Under the pieces are notes generated by a model. The model made no database searches, was not told the DNA's origin, and was given only the letters and a program-made list of their open reading frames with translations. Shown piece after piece: positions 27,426 to 40,704 of a DNA stretch of 64,000 nt. Positions within the stretch are counted from its first letter, which is position 1, and each line of letters begins with the position of its first letter. Origin of the DNA: Malacoraja senta (Eukaryota); contig CM075996.1 of assembly GCA_038087875.1 (NCBI GenBank), positions 2,482,001 through 2,546,000 of the forward strand, given 5' to 3'. The position numbers were made by a program, and so were the translations under genes.

Positions 27426-27982
27426 GTAAAATTGCATTGCATAATCCCCGGCGAAACAAGCAATTAAATCCCAGGCATTACAACTGTTCATCTAAATAAC
27501 TTGAATGATCGAAACTTAATTATAAACGGGCAGGATTATAGAATGTGATCCCAAAAAGCTAGTTAAAGACCCTGTAACAAAAGATTGAGTTTTGGATTTG
27601 CAGAGAAAGAAATAACAATTTACATTGGATTTTATTTACCGCATGTCAGTTCCCCCCCCCCCCCCCCCCCCCCCCCACGGGAGATTTCAATTTGTGTATT
27701 AATGTTACAACAGACAAGAATGATGCTTCTGGAGTTGACGTTATAGCAATCGTAATATTTCATTTGTGAGCAATTTTCTATCTAGGTCAGATGATTATGC
27801 ATTTTGAGCCGTATACCAAGGATTCAGCTCATAATCTGTAGGGAACCATGCTGAGGGAAAGCTGCATTTGTTACAAGTCCCATTTGCATGCATGTTTGTG
27901 TGAATCAGTTTGACATTTATGCCTCAAATGATGGAGCCGAGAGTTCTTGTGGCATATCGGCCATTCCTCCTCCACTATTTCA

Positions 27983-28322
27983 TAGAAACATAGAAAATAG
28001 GTGCAGGAGTAGGACATTTGGCCCTTCGAGCCTGCACCGCCATTCAATATCATGGCTGATCATCCAACTCAGTATCCTGTACCTGCCTTCTCTCCATACC
28101 CCCTGATCCCTTTAGCCACAAGGGCCACATCTAACTCCCTCTTAAATATAGCCAATGAACTGGCCTCAACTACCTTCTGTGGGAGAGAATTCCACAGATT
28201 CACCACTCTCTGTGTGAAAAATGTTTTTCTCATCTCGGTCCTAAAATACTTCCCCCTTATCCTTAAACTGTGACCCCTTGTTCTGGACATCCCCAACATC
28301 GGGAACAATCTTCCTGCATCTT
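27983..28322 (-). mobile_element. CR1 LINE 3' fragment
   Basis: TRGHSLRIRG...FFTQRVVNLWNSLP with a (TTTCTATG) tail. Confidence 0.9.
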
Positions 28323-28852
28323 CCTGCTATTTCCCACCAAATAGACATGTAAGCGGGTCCTTCCAGTGGCAATTGTTGGATTTTCAAGCAGATTGGGATT
28401 CGAATGCCTGGGCTGCAGGGAGAGGTTGATGATGATGAAGATGATACGTTATTGTCACTTGTACCTAGCTAGATGCAGTAAAATTCTTTGTTTTTGCATA
28501 CAAAGTAGACAAAAGAGCTGCCACAAAGGTGCTGACAAAGTCACAAAAGTACTCATCCCTTCTACAGATGCCCCTTTGTTCTTGTTGGTCTCCTCTCCCA
28601 TGCCGGCTTCCCCTTAGATTGTGGTGCCCCCACCCACCCCGGTCCCCCTGAGTTCTCGGCAGGACCCCCCCCCCCCACCGGGTTCCCTTTAGATCTCAGC
28701 CCCCCACGTTGGGCCCCTCATCCATCTCGGCAACCCCCCCCCCCCCCCACCCCCAACGCTGGGTCTCCCTGAATTATGCAGCCTGGGACTTTATTCCTTG
28801 CTTATAGTCAAACAAATACATTTTGAAATTAAGCTGTATTGAAATTGTCCGA

Positions 28853-29180
28853 CTTTAGAGATACAGCACGGAAACAGGCCCTTCAGCCCACTGAGTCCAC
28901 GCTGACCAGCGATCACCCCGCACACTGACAATATCCTACACACTTGGGGCAATTTACAAATTTATCAAAGCCAATTAACCCAATAAACCAAATAAGTCCT
29001 TGGCGTGTGGGAGGAAACCGGGGCGTGTGGGAGGAAACCGGAGCATCTGGAGAAAAGCGACGCGGTCCCAGGGAGAACGTACAAACTCCGTGCAAACAGC
29101 ACCCGTAGCGAGGATTGAACCCGGATCTCTGGCGCTATAAGTCTCTACTGCGGCGCAATAAGGCAGCAGCTCTACCGCTG
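28853..29180 (-). mobile_element. HE1-like SINE
   Basis: Reverse complement of the SINE seen at 51681-52010. Confidence 0.8.
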
Positions 29181-29811
29181 AGCTGGCGCTTTTCGTTAGG
29201 ACTGTTACACGGGCATTTGGAACTGGCTATTCAATTCCTGGTCACATTCCTATACAGGGTTGGAGGAGGAGGAAGCAAAGAAAATAAATGTTTCCTTTTT
29301 AACTGGGGAGAAGGGATAGACCCGGGCAGGAAATAGAAAAGTTGTTTACCTTCCCCATACAAATACATTCAAAGCAGCAAAGGTCTGCTGCTGATGAAAA
29401 AGTGCGGAAGAGAGTGTGGAACCAAGCCAATATCACAGAGCGTCAGACACAGTAGTGGCCCAGTAAAGCATTTCACAATCATTGACCTTCTTCTGACTTG
29501 TTGCATCTCTGGCTATGTAAAAATGTAGCAATGAAGCATAGTGCCAAATTAACAGTTGTATTCTTAATGAGGATGGAGGTTTATTTGCTTCCTTATAAGC
29601 CCATGTAGTCGTGGAACATTAGTTATTAATTGACATTTACATTTACCAGATATAACCGTTTGATGCACAGCTAGTGATAATCTTCACGTTGGCTATGAAT
29701 TGCGATCCATTGCCTTTAAATGTGGTGGGAACGTTCAGTGATAACTTGAGTGATAAGGGGGAGGGGGAATATTTACCAGTCAACTGATAAATAACAGTAA
29801 AGTTCATAATT

Positions 29812-30280
29812 TATCGGAGCATAATTAGGCCATTCGTCTATCAAGTCCACTCCGTCATTCAATCATGGCTGATCTATCTCTCCCTCTCAGCTCCATTCTC
29901 CTGCCTTCTCCCCATAATCCCTGACACCCAACTAATCACAAATCTGTCAATCTCCGCCTTAGAAATATCTATTGACTTGGCCTCCAAAGCCGTCTGTGGC
30001 GATGAATTCCACCAATTCACCACCCTTTGACTAAAGAAATTCCTCCCCATCTCCTTTCTAAATGTACGTCCTTTTATTCTAAGGCTGTACGCAATGGTCC
30101 TAGACTCTCTCTCTAGTGGAAACATCCTCTCCACATCCACTCTATCCAGGGTTAGGTTATAAAAAAATATCCCAAGCTTTGAACATCTCATGGAGCACTG
30201 TTCCAATGAGTCCCCTCCCCCCCTTACCGTTGTAATCTCCAGCGAGCACAGGCCCAGGCCGTCAAACACTCGTCCTATGT
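29812..30280 (-). mobile_element. CR1 LINE fragment containing a 57-bp Tc1 patch
   Basis: LDRVDVERMFPL...FFSQRVVNWWNS; see finding. Confidence 0.82.
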
Positions 30281-30377
30281 TGAAGTGGAACACTGGATAG
30301 ATCTACTCCAAAGAATCTGCACAGACTTGATGGGCTGAATGGCCACCCCTTCTCTGTGTAACTCTAGCAGGTTACAT

Positions 30378-30685
30378 TTAGTTTAGTTTAGAGATACAGC
30401 CCGAAGCAGGTTCTTCGGCCCACTGAGTCCACACTGATCAGCGATCACCACACATTAACACTATTACACACACTAGGGGCAATTTTTACATTTATACAAG
30501 TCAATTAACCTACAAACCTGTACGTCTTTGGAGTGTGGGAGTAAACCGAAGATCTCGGAGAAAAACCTACGCAAGTCACGGGGAGAACGTAGAAACTCCG
30601 TACAGACAGCACCCGTAGTCAGGAGCGAACCCAGATCTCTGGCGCTGCATGTGCTGTAAGGCAGCAACTCTACCGCTGTGCCACA
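30378..30685 (-). mobile_element. HE1-like SINE
   Basis: (TTTAG)n tail, V-domain, tRNA-like head. Confidence 0.85.
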
Positions 30686-30982
30686 TGACGGTATCGCACT
30701 GAGTTGAGTAGTTTGACTGCTCCAATTGCAGAGGGATATCTACCCTCTCTCCATACCTGGACTTTGTCAGGCGGGGGAAGCTCCTCAATGAACGACAACA
30801 ATTGAGGTTTGCTGTATCGTGTGACTAACATAGCGGGTAGAATCCACTACTTGTTGAACCCTCAGGCTGGAAGGAGGCAACTTGCTCCTCGAACCTAGAG
30901 TGGGAATCTTGTTGGAGTCTGGTGGATACATACTTAACCAACGCAGCCCTTCATTTTTCAATTGGGTGTAGTATGGTTAAGG

Positions 30983-31082
30983 TATGGTCTGAAGAAGGGT
31001 TTCGGGCCGAAACGTTGCCTATTTCCTTCGCTCCATAGATGCTGCCTCACCCGCTGAGTTTCTCCAGCACTTTTGTCTACCT
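30983..31082 (+). mobile_element. Single-arm short Penelope-derived element
   Basis: Starts at the CTGAAGA core. TSD TGTAGTATGGTTAAGG at 30967-30982 and 31083-31098. Confidence 0.88.
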
Positions 31083-31664
31083 TGTAGTATGGTTAAGGCA
31101 GTCCGTGAATCAGGGTGGAAAAGCTGCTCAGCACATTTGAGCTACATTGGCTCTGACCTTTGGGTGCTTGTTGAGCATGAGAGAAAAGTCTACTCGTCGA
31201 GTAATTTATAACATGCCCGAGAGTGCCTGTCGCAGCAGTGCAATGAAAACTTTATTTTAAAATATGCACACCCCATCCTCTGCAGGCCACAAGGCCCCCT
31301 TGATGCATGGCCACCCCTGCACTGTTGGTGTGCTTTACGTAATATCATGCGGTCAGCCGAAGTGGAAGTACCTGGTGCTGACACTAAATAAATTAGGAAC
31401 TATTCCTCTTCCATTTGCCACGAGCAAAATGCTAAAATTTCATCTCACTAGTGAGTTAAACAGAAGATAGACACACAATGCTGGAGTAATGCAGCGGGAC
31501 AGGCAGCATCTCTGGAGAGAAGGAATGGGTGACGTTTCGGATCGAGACCCGTCCTCAAACGCCACCCATTCCTTCTCTCCAGAGATGCTGCCTGTCCTGC
31601 CGAGTTACTCCAGTCTATCCCCTGTTTAAACCAGCATCTGCAGTATCTTCCTACATGTGATTTA

Positions 31665-32706
31665 CAGTGGCTTGCAAAAGTTTTCATACCCCTTGAACTT
31701 TTCCACGTTTTGTCACGTTACAACCACAAACGTAAATGTATTTTATTGGGATTTTATGTGATAGACCAACACAAAGTGGTGCATAATTGTGAAGTGGAAG
31801 GAAAATGATACATGGTTTTCAAATTTTTTTACAAATAAAATACTGAAAAGTGTCGCATGCAAAAGTATTCAGCCCCCTTTACTCTTATACTCCTAAATAA
31901 AATCCAGTGCAACCAATTGCCTTCAGAAGTCACCTAATTAGTAAATAGAGTCCACTTGTGCATAATCTAATCTCAGTATAAATACAGCTGTTCTGTGAAG
32001 GCCTCAGAGGTTTGTTAGAGAACATTAGTGAACAAACAGCATCATGAAGCCCAAGGAACACACCAGACAGGTCAGGGATAAAGTTGTGGAGAAGTTTAAA
32101 GCAGGGATAGGTTATAAAAAAATATCCCAAGCTTTGAACATCTCATGGAGCACTGTTCAATCCATCATCCGAAAATGGAAAGAGTATGGCACAACTGCAA
32201 ACCTACCAAGACATGGCCGTCCACCTAAACTGACAGGCCGGGCAAGGAGAGCATTGATCAGAGAAGCAGCCAAGAGGCCCATGGTAACTCTGGAGGAGCT
32301 GCAGAGATCCACAGCTCAGGTGGGAGAATCTGTCCACAGGACAACTATTAGTCGTGCACTCCACAAATCGGGCCTTTATGGAAGAGTGGCAAGAAGAAAG
32401 CCATTGTTGAAAAAAAGCCACAAGAAGTCCCGTTTGCAGTTTGCCACAAGCCATGTGGGGGTCACAGCAAACATGTGGAGGAAGGTGCTCTGGTCAGATG
32501 AGACCAAAATTGAAGTTTTGGGCCTAAATGCAAAACGCTATGTGTGGCGGAATCCTAACACTGCACATCACCCTGAACACACCATCCCCCCTGTGAAACA
32601 TGGTGGTGGCAGCATCATGCTGTGGGGATGCTTTTCTTCAGCAGGGACAGGGAAGCTGGTCAGAGTTGATGGGAAGATGGATGGAGCCAAATACAGGGCA
32701 ATCTTG
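31665..32706 (+). mobile_element. Tc1-family DNA transposon, left end plus truncated transposase
   Basis: TA|CAGTGGCTTGCAAAAG terminus with an inner direct repeat GCAAAAGTATTCAGCCCC (~31859; IR/DR type). ORF from 32044 has the paired-like HTH, GRPPK, RVARRKPLL, VLWSDETK and VKHGGGSIMLWGCF, and breaks off before the second D and E. Confidence 0.93.
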
Positions 32707-32823
32707 TGGAATTGTGGAATACATCTATTCTAATTCCGAAAGTCAAAGTCAATTTTATTCATCACATGCACCCGAAGGTGCAGTGAAATGAATTTGCAGA
32801 AAGCATTACAGGTATATTGTTTG

Positions 32824-33012
32824 TAGACAAAAATGCTGGAGAAACTCAGCGGGCGAGGCAGCATCTATGGAGCGAAGGAAACAGGTGACGTTTCAGGTCA
32901 AGACCCGAAACGTCGCCTATTCCTTCCCTCCATAGATGCTGCCTCGCCCGCTGTGTTTCTCCAGCATTTTTGTCTACCTTTGATTTTTCCAGCATCTGCA
33001 GTTCTTTCTTAA
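32824..33012. mobile_element. Fold-back short Penelope-derived element
   Basis: Inverted arms. Imperfect direct repeat ACAGGTAT(A/G)TTGT at 32808 and 33013. Confidence 0.85.
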
Positions 33013-33510
33013 ACAGGTATGTTGTCTTGTACTGTATATACGAGTCATTTTTTTAAATCAAGTGAAATATCTATGATATGATGACAATGTTTGTTTAGGG
33101 TCAGAGGTCAAATAGGACTGGTCACGCGTGTGACCTCACACGGACACATTTTTTTCATAACTCAGTTTTATCTTACAAAAACTTGTGAATTTTAAAAAGC
33201 TAGAATGTTCATATCTTTAGCAGACATGCATTATAGTTCTGTAGGTAGGAAAATAGCAATGAATAAGATTAATCTCACACAATAATTTTTTCATGTATTA
33301 CTTTATGTGACTCTATTTGGTAACGTGTGTGACATTTTTGTTCACTTTCCAAAGAATGGCCCTATTGCTATTTTTTTTTTTGTTTTGAACTCTGCCCTTT
33401 ATTTTTCTTCCACCAAAATGGATGACTTAATGATCCCTGTCCGAAGAAGGGTCTCGACCCGAAATGTCGCCTATTCCTTCGCTCCATAGGTGCTGCCTCA
33501 CCTGCTGAGT

Positions 33511-33898
33511 GAGGCAGCACACTGGATAGCCACCAAGTGGTCACAGGAGTGGAAGGCAACCTCATCTCCATTACACAGCTACATCTCTTCACCAGATAAA
33601 AGCTGTCCAGGGTCTGACCTCCCCAGAGGAGCATGGGTGAAGCTCAACAGACTTGGTACTGGAGTTGGGCGTTTCAATGCCAGCGTGTGGAGATGGGGGC
33701 TCCACCAGAGCCCAGCCTGTGAATGCGGAGCAGAACAACAGACAGCCAACCATGTCATCTCTGGGTGCCCGCTCTACCACCCACCATATGGAGCTCAAGG
33801 CCTGGCAGACATTGATGCAGAGACAACAACCTGGCTGCTCAACACCCAGCTTGAGATCTGACTATTCCTTTGGTTTATGTTTCATTCGCAAGAAGAAG
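33511..33898 (+). mobile_element. 5'-truncated LINE (Ingi/Vingi- or RTE-X-like) nested in a PLE-derived repeat
   Basis: LPRGAWVKLNRLGTGVGRF...CECGAEQQTANHVISGC (C-terminal CCHC), tail CGCAAGAAGAAG. TSD ACC(T/C)GCTGAGT at 33500-33510 and 33899-33909. Confidence 0.82.
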
Positions 33899-34940
33899 AC
33901 CCGCTGAGTTTCTCCAGCATTTTTGTTTACCTTCATGTTACTTCTGCGATTATTTTGTCCGCTCACTTAAGCTGTCTATATCCCCATGAAGCCTCGCTGC
34001 ATCCTCCTCGCAGCCTGCTCCACACCATAGTTTTATTTCATAGTTCACAAGTTATAGGAGTAGAATTAGGCCATTCGGCCCATCTACTCGGCCATTCAAT
34101 GCGCCGTTCATCAATGGTATTGGCACTGAGTGGTAGAGAGGGTGAAGCGGTTGGGCGTGGAATGTTGAACTTTATCCAACACCGTTCAATATTAGTACAT
34201 ATTATACTCTTGTGGAGCGGCCAGCCGCGGACGGCGGCGCTGACTTTAACATCGGGAGCCTGGGATCTCTCACCGAGATCACCAGTGGTGGAGCTCCGTC
34301 CAGCGCGGCCTGTCGGCTTCGGAAGCCGCGGTCTCTGGTAAGGAAGCGGCCGTTCCAGGCGTCCCAAGCCGCTGAGAGGGTTCTCCTGACGCCATCACCC
34401 GGCGAGAAGGGCCTGAAACATCGGGCCCCGTAAAGGCGACCGTGGAGGCCCCAATAGGCCCGACTATGGGTGGACAAGGGGATGGGGACTGGACTTTGAG
34501 CCTTCCCTCACAGTGGGAACCATTGTGGGGGGGGGGTGTTTTTATGTTTTATGTTAAATTTCTTTAAAATGTTATGTTGTATTCTTATTAATGTGCTGCA
34601 ATGGCAACTTGAATGGAACTACACCAATTGGTGTACGTGACAATAAATCAACCTTTGAACCTTTGTTCATTTGCTGTACTGAATTGTTAGCATCTGTACT
34701 GGTGTCAACTTCAGACTTATAATCGCTAAACTTTGTCTCATGTAGCACGATGCTCTCTCTCCAGTTGGGGAGACGAGGTATATAATGGTACTGCTCTCTG
34801 TAGTCAATCTAAACTTTCACACTGTACTGAAACTCTGGTATCGCGAAGGAATTTGTCGACTTGGAAATTGCACATTATTACCCGGTGAATGTCTTCGACT
34901 GGGAATGTTCCACTCACCGTTTAAATCTTATCTTGCCCAG

Positions 34941-35127
34941 GTACCCGAATATATCCTGTGAGATCCTGACAGCCGACGTGACTCAGGTTAACGATGCGTT
35001 AGGCGAGGATGAGTCGCTGTTGAGCCGCCTCTATGCCTTTCTGCAGAATGACAATGTTCTTAATCCGTTGTTGGCAAGCTTCTTCAGTAAGGTCATGGGC
35101 ATCCTCATCAACAGGAAGAGCGAACAG
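34941..35127 (+). CDS. PPP6R1: PPP6R1 coding exon 2
   Basis: cccag|G TAC...CAG|gtaggt, 187 nt. [71 protein letters not shown] matches PPP6R1 rather than PPP6R3 (VLSILISRK), as recalled. Confidence 0.96.
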
Positions 35128-36096
35128 GTAGGTCGCTGGATTTTATTTCATCATCTGAATGTTCCTCTCGTGTGCTGGAAGCTGCCGGGTTGGATGTACC
35201 AGTGTTTGTATTTAATAGTGCATTTGCAACTAATAGCATCAACTAATAGCGTGTTCAGGCCGTAGTTCACCTGGAATTTGTACAGAGGCAAGGAAATGGA
35301 TGTTAATATAGGTGAGCAAACATTGTGTAGGATGGAACTGTTGGTGCTGGTTTATACTGAAGATAGATACAGTGCTGGAGTAACAGGTCGGGCAGCATCT
35401 CGGGAGAAAAAGGATGGTTGATGTTTCGGGTCTGGTCTGAAGAAGGGTTCCCTTCAGACCTGAAACGTCACTTATCAATGTTCTCCAGAGATGCTGCCTG
35501 ACCCGCTGAGTGACTCCAGCACTTTGAGTCTATCGCTGGTGAGCAAACATTTTTGGCATTGTCCTTTTAGTACTGTGCGTTGGGAAGGTTCAGCTTTGCA
35601 GGTCACCAAGTACGGGAGAGATGGTGAGAGGGACCATGTGAGTGTCAATGCAAGCAACAGAACTGTGATAAGATGGAGTCAAAATGCTGGAGCAACTCAG
35701 TGGGTCAGGCAGCATCCCTGGAGAACAAGTGACGTTTCAGGTCGGGTCCCTTCTTGTAGGGGGGTTGGGAAAGAAAGCTGAGAGTATGTAGGGGCAGGAC
35801 AGAGCATATATTATGTTATTATATTGGGGACATTATGCTCTGCCCTGTCCCCCTCTCTTAGCTTTCTTTCCTGCCCCCTAAATTAGTCTGACTCGTAATG
35901 TTGTCCATCCAAGTTCTCTAGGGATGCTGCCTGACTCGCTGAGTTACTTCAGCATTTTGGTTCTATCTTTGGTATAAAGCAGCATCTTCAATTCCTTGTT
36001 ATTAGAATTGTATTAAACCCTGGTCTATGGCAGTGGAAGAAGACGAAAGTCCTGTCACAATTTGCTTGTCAATAAAAGCAATCAGGAGTTTGTGGT

Positions 36097-36187
36097 AGAC
36101 AAAATGCTGGAGAAACTCAGCGGGTGAGGCAGCATCTATGGAGCGAAGGAAATAGGCAACGTTTCGGGCCGAAACCCTTCTTCTTCA
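36097..36187 (-). mobile_element. Single-arm short Penelope-derived element
   Basis: TSD AATCAGGAGTTTGTGGT at 36080-36096 and 36188-36204. The 5' end lies at the TGAAGA core. Confidence 0.88.
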
Positions 36188-36497
36188 AATCAGGAGTTTG
36201 TGGTTACATTTCAAGAAGGGTCTGGGTCCAAAAAGATGCCTATTCATTCCCTCCACAGATGCTGCTTGACCCACCGAGTTCCTCCAGCACTTTGTGTTTT
36301 GCTCAAGACTCCAGCATCTGCAGTTCCTTGTGTCTACTGAAGAAAAATAGTCTGTTTATTATTGTGCTTTCTGATGGGGGTGCTCATTGTTTAAGGTGCA
36401 TGTTATCCCATTACTGCACCAGACTGTTGTTTCTCATGGAGACACTGTTTTTTATGAGAGGCACCAGAAAAAAAAGTTTTTAAAATAGTTTGTACAG

Positions 36498-36498
<1 letters not shown>

Positions 36499-36533
<35 letters not shown>
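36499..36533. repeat. (TTA)n microsatellite, probably a retroelement tail
   Basis: Directly visible. Confidence 0.9.
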
Positions 36534-36535
<2 letters not shown>

Positions 36536-37300
36536 ACTTTATTTCAGACTCACCATCCAGACAAGAGACGACATTACATAAAATACAGTGCATATAAAAA
36601 CACCATAAAATACATATAGAATATACATATACGTAAAAGACATTAAGTTTACTTCTGGTTTTGATTCTTGAGGGATTTTCAGTTAATTGCTGGGAGTAAA
36701 TTGTGAACCTTTTGTAAAATGTGATCATTAACATTATTTTTAACGTTGCAGCAAGCCACATCATAGACACAAAATGCTGGAGTAACTCAGTGGGGCAGGC
36801 AGCATCTCTGGAGAGAAGGAATGGGTGGCGTTTCAGGTCGAGACCCTTCTTCAATCTGTCGAATTCTGAAGAAGTTCTTCAGTCTGAAGAAGGGTCTCGA
36901 CCGGAAACGTCACCCATCCCTTTTCTCCAGAGATGCTGCCTGTCCCGCTGAGTTACTCCAGCATATTGTATCTTATCTTCGGTTTAAACCAGCATCTGCA
37001 GTTCCTTCCTACGCACTATATCGGCATAATGTTTTGAGCTTTCAATTATCTCCAATTGTTATCCTTTGAAATCTAATCTTAATATTTGATTTTAGAATTG
37101 AATAAAACAAAATCCGAAACGCCAGACATGGTTAGGTTCAAATCTGGAGGCAGTGCTGAAAATTGGATTGTGTAGCAAAAAAAATGGGAGCTGCGTTCTG
37201 TTATTGGTTATTACCTTCCTGGAAGTATAAATAACTTTAAAGTATAAACCCTAACTAAAATGATAATGCATTACCTTCTGTAATTTCTTCTGCTTGACAG

Positions 37301-37438
37301 ATAGTGGATTTTCTACGGAAGAAGGATGATTTTGTAGGCTTGCTGTTGAAACATATAGGGACTTCGGCCATTATGGACCTCCTACTGCGGCTTCTGACTT
37401 GTGTGGAGCAGCCTCATCTCAGGCAGGATGTTTTGAAT
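37301..37438 (+). CDS. PPP6R1: PPP6R1 coding exon 3
   Basis: gacag|...AAT|gtaagt, 138 nt. [46 protein letters not shown]. Confidence 0.96.
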
Positions 37439-38737
37439 GTAAGTTGAGTTGTCCAGGTATTTTATGCTGCCTTCACCCATCTCAAGCAGCCTCCCCGTTG
37501 CTTTTGGGACCCAGCGCTCGCGAAGCACATCCCCTGAGTTGGCACGTGGGATTGGAAACTTTGCCTTCGAGAGTCAAGAGAGAGTCAAGAGTGTTTTATT
37601 GTCATATGTCCCGGATGGGACAATGAAATTCTTACTTGTTGCAGCGCAACAGAATATGTGAATATGTACACATTGTACATAACAGGAAAAAAAAGAAAAA
37701 GTTCAATAAATATCAAATATAGTGCAGATAACAAATAATAATATAGTCTTTTGCAGTTCGGAGCTCAGAGCTTATTTGTTGTTGTGTTTAATAGCCTGAT
37801 GGCTATAGGGAAGAAGCTGTTCCTGAACCTGGACGTTACAGTTTTCAGGCTCCTGTACCTTCTTCCCGATGGCAAGCCCCCTAGCAGCCACCTGTGATAT
37901 TTCTACATGGTGTGTCTCGGTCCTCGTGAAAAGTAAAATGCAGTGTGTGCGTTGGGCAGGCATAATTAAAAATTGCAAAAATGTGGAGAATGTTCAGCAG
38001 GTAAGCTTAAAAAACAAAAACAGCCAGATTTTTAAGACTTTGGTTTGCTATCCTTCATTGCGACTGGAAATTGCCAGATGAAACGAGTGTTAAGCAGATA
38101 GCGGACAGGGAAGGGAAGGACAGAACAAAGGGCAAGGACTGTGCAAGGGTTCTCTCCACCCTTCACCCTTCCCTGCATCTTCAGTGTTCTTTTATTTCTA
38201 ACTTTTCCTAATTCTGATTGAAGACGATTCAATGCTAAGTACTTTTCTCACCTCAGGTGCTGCCTGATCTTGAGCGTTTCCAGCATTTTCTGCTTGCTTA
38301 TGAGAGAGTAGTTTTATGCTCTTCCCTTCTTTCCCCCCACCCCCCCCCCCCCACTAGTATTATTATTATAATAACAAACATTGACTCACATTTTTTTTTG
38401 GACTGTACAGTCCTAGCATCCCTGCTCCCTCTTTTGATAACAGAAGGTTAATATTTGTGGGGAAGATCGCAGTTGTGCGGGGTTTTGGAGACTTTCTGTG
38501 GAATGTGATTCATTTTATGGGTCATCCAGAGAGTTAGCATGGGCTTGGTGGGATGAATGGCCTCCTCTAATGCTTTAATCCTCTAAATAGAAGTTGCCAA
38601 TGTGGAAAATGCACAGCTTGGTGCCCAGACTGTGATTCCAGTTTCCCCATGGGTTGCCTGCTGGGATGAATTCACTTTGACTCTGTGCCAGGAGCTGCAT
38701 TTATTCTTCATCTCTAACCACTTCTGTGTTCCCACAG

Positions 38738-38803
38738 TGGCTAAACGAGGAGAAAATTATCCAGAGACTCATCGAGATGATCTACCATTCCAAAGATGAG
38801 GAT
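38738..38803 (+). CDS. PPP6R1: PPP6R1 coding exon 4
   Basis: cacag|TGG...GAT|gtaagt, 66 nt. WLNEEKIIQRLIEMIYHSKDED. Confidence 0.95.
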
Positions 38804-39957
38804 GTAAGTGCCAGCATCCCATAAAGCCCAGGAAATGTAGAATAAGCTGACCAGCTAATTCATTCAAGTGACCTAACTGGTGTCGAGTTACTGCTAAATT
38901 GCGCAGAGACGATTTACTGCTCAGCCCATTATCATGTCAATATTTTTGCTGGAAATCAGATCGTTGATATATCACACTGTAATTGGCTTCCTGTTTGACT
39001 AGAAATTGATCTAGCACAGGGTGCTGCTTGTCTCAGAGACAATGGCATTCACCCAAGGCCGAGGATGATCATTAAACTGAACTGTTAGCTCTGTAGATAA
39101 ATCCCCCCCTTTTTTTAATAACAAATCTTTACAAATTATTCAAATTAAGCCCTCCTTATGCGTTCTCTACGCTTTTTGGCAATCCAAGGTTCTCTGAACA
39201 TGCAAATCATTAAAAAATATAAAAGCTACAAATATTTAACAATAATTCTAAAATAAAGCCACCAGTGTGAAATTTTACAAAGGTAAAAAGTTCACATGCT
39301 CTATCGTCCTTGGGTAAAGGAATTGATTACAATATTCTAGTAGCAGATATCGGTTTATTCTGCACCATTAAGAATCCATGCTTAAACATGCAGGGATTCG
39401 GCACAATTTAAAGCTTTTAAGCAGGTGATTGTTTAACTGAAGGGAATGATGCTAGTGCTGACGTCGTCATGCCAAGGCAGACATCTGTGTGCTACTTTCA
39501 AACTTCTGTGTACTATTTTGAAAATCCCGCACCCAATATCCATGCCCGCTGATGCAAGATTGCAACATGGTTGAGGTGTGGCAGAATGCTACTTTCTTCA
39601 GACAAGCAGGATCAGATAGAGTGATACAGTGTGGAAACAAGCCACTGGTTCCAACCTGCCCACATCGTCCAACGTGTGTGTCCCATCTACACTAGTCCCA
39701 CATGCCTATGTTTGGCCCATATCCCTCTAAACCTGTCCGATCCGTGTACCTGTCTAAATGTTTCTTAAACATTGCCTCAACTACCTCCACCGGCAGCTCG
39801 TTCCATACATTCACCACAATTTGGGTAAAAAAGTCACCCCTCGGGTTCCTATTAAATCTTTTCCCCCCTCACGTTAAACCTATGTCCTCTGGTTCTCGAT
39901 TCCCCTACTCTGGGCAAGAGACTCTGTGCATTGACCCGATCTATTCCTCTCCTGATT

Positions 39958-40228
39958 TTAGTTTAGTTTAGAGATACAGCGCGGAAACAGGCCCTTCGGC
40001 CCACCGGGTCCGTGCTGACCAGCGATCCCCGCACATTAACACTATTCTACACCCACTAGGGACAATCTTTACATTTACCAAGCCAATTCACCTACAAACC
40101 TGTACGTCTTTGGAGTGTGGGAGGAAACCGAAGATCTCGGAGAAAACCCATGCAGGTCACAGGGAGAAGGTACAAACTCCGTACAGACAGCACCTGTAGT
40201 CGGGATCGAACCCGGGTCCCCGGCGCTG
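39958..40228 (-). mobile_element. HE1-like SINE nested in a CR1 fragment (~39615-40375)
   Basis: SINE body with (TTTAG)n tail; CR1 sequence on both sides. Confidence 0.85.
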
Positions 40229-40704
40229 CATTCACCTGCATTGACCCAATCTATTCCCCTCATTATTTTGTACACCTCGATAAGATCACCCCTTATCCTC
40301 CTTCACTCCTGGGAATAGAATTCTAGCCTGCCCAACCTCTCCCTATGGCTCAGACCCTCGAGTCTTGGCAACCTCGGAAATCTTCTCTGTACCGATTCCA
40401 GCTTGAAATGGGCAGTGACCTCTTCAAATTGTGCCGCCTTAAGTCAAAGAACCACCAGAAACACGAGGGAGTTGTACTCTGTTCAAAATGCTTTTCTTGT
40501 GGTTGAGACAATAATGCGAGGTATAAACTGGCCGCTGCACTTCTATGTACAAAAGATCCCATGGCATTATTTATTTTTAGAAGCTCCAGGACTTCTGCAA
40601 AGAAATTATTTAATATTTATAATGCTCTTCATAATCCTTAGACTTCCTAAAGAGTTTTGGAAGCCTGTAAAATAATTCTTGAAGTGTAATCCCTGTATAG
40701 TTGA

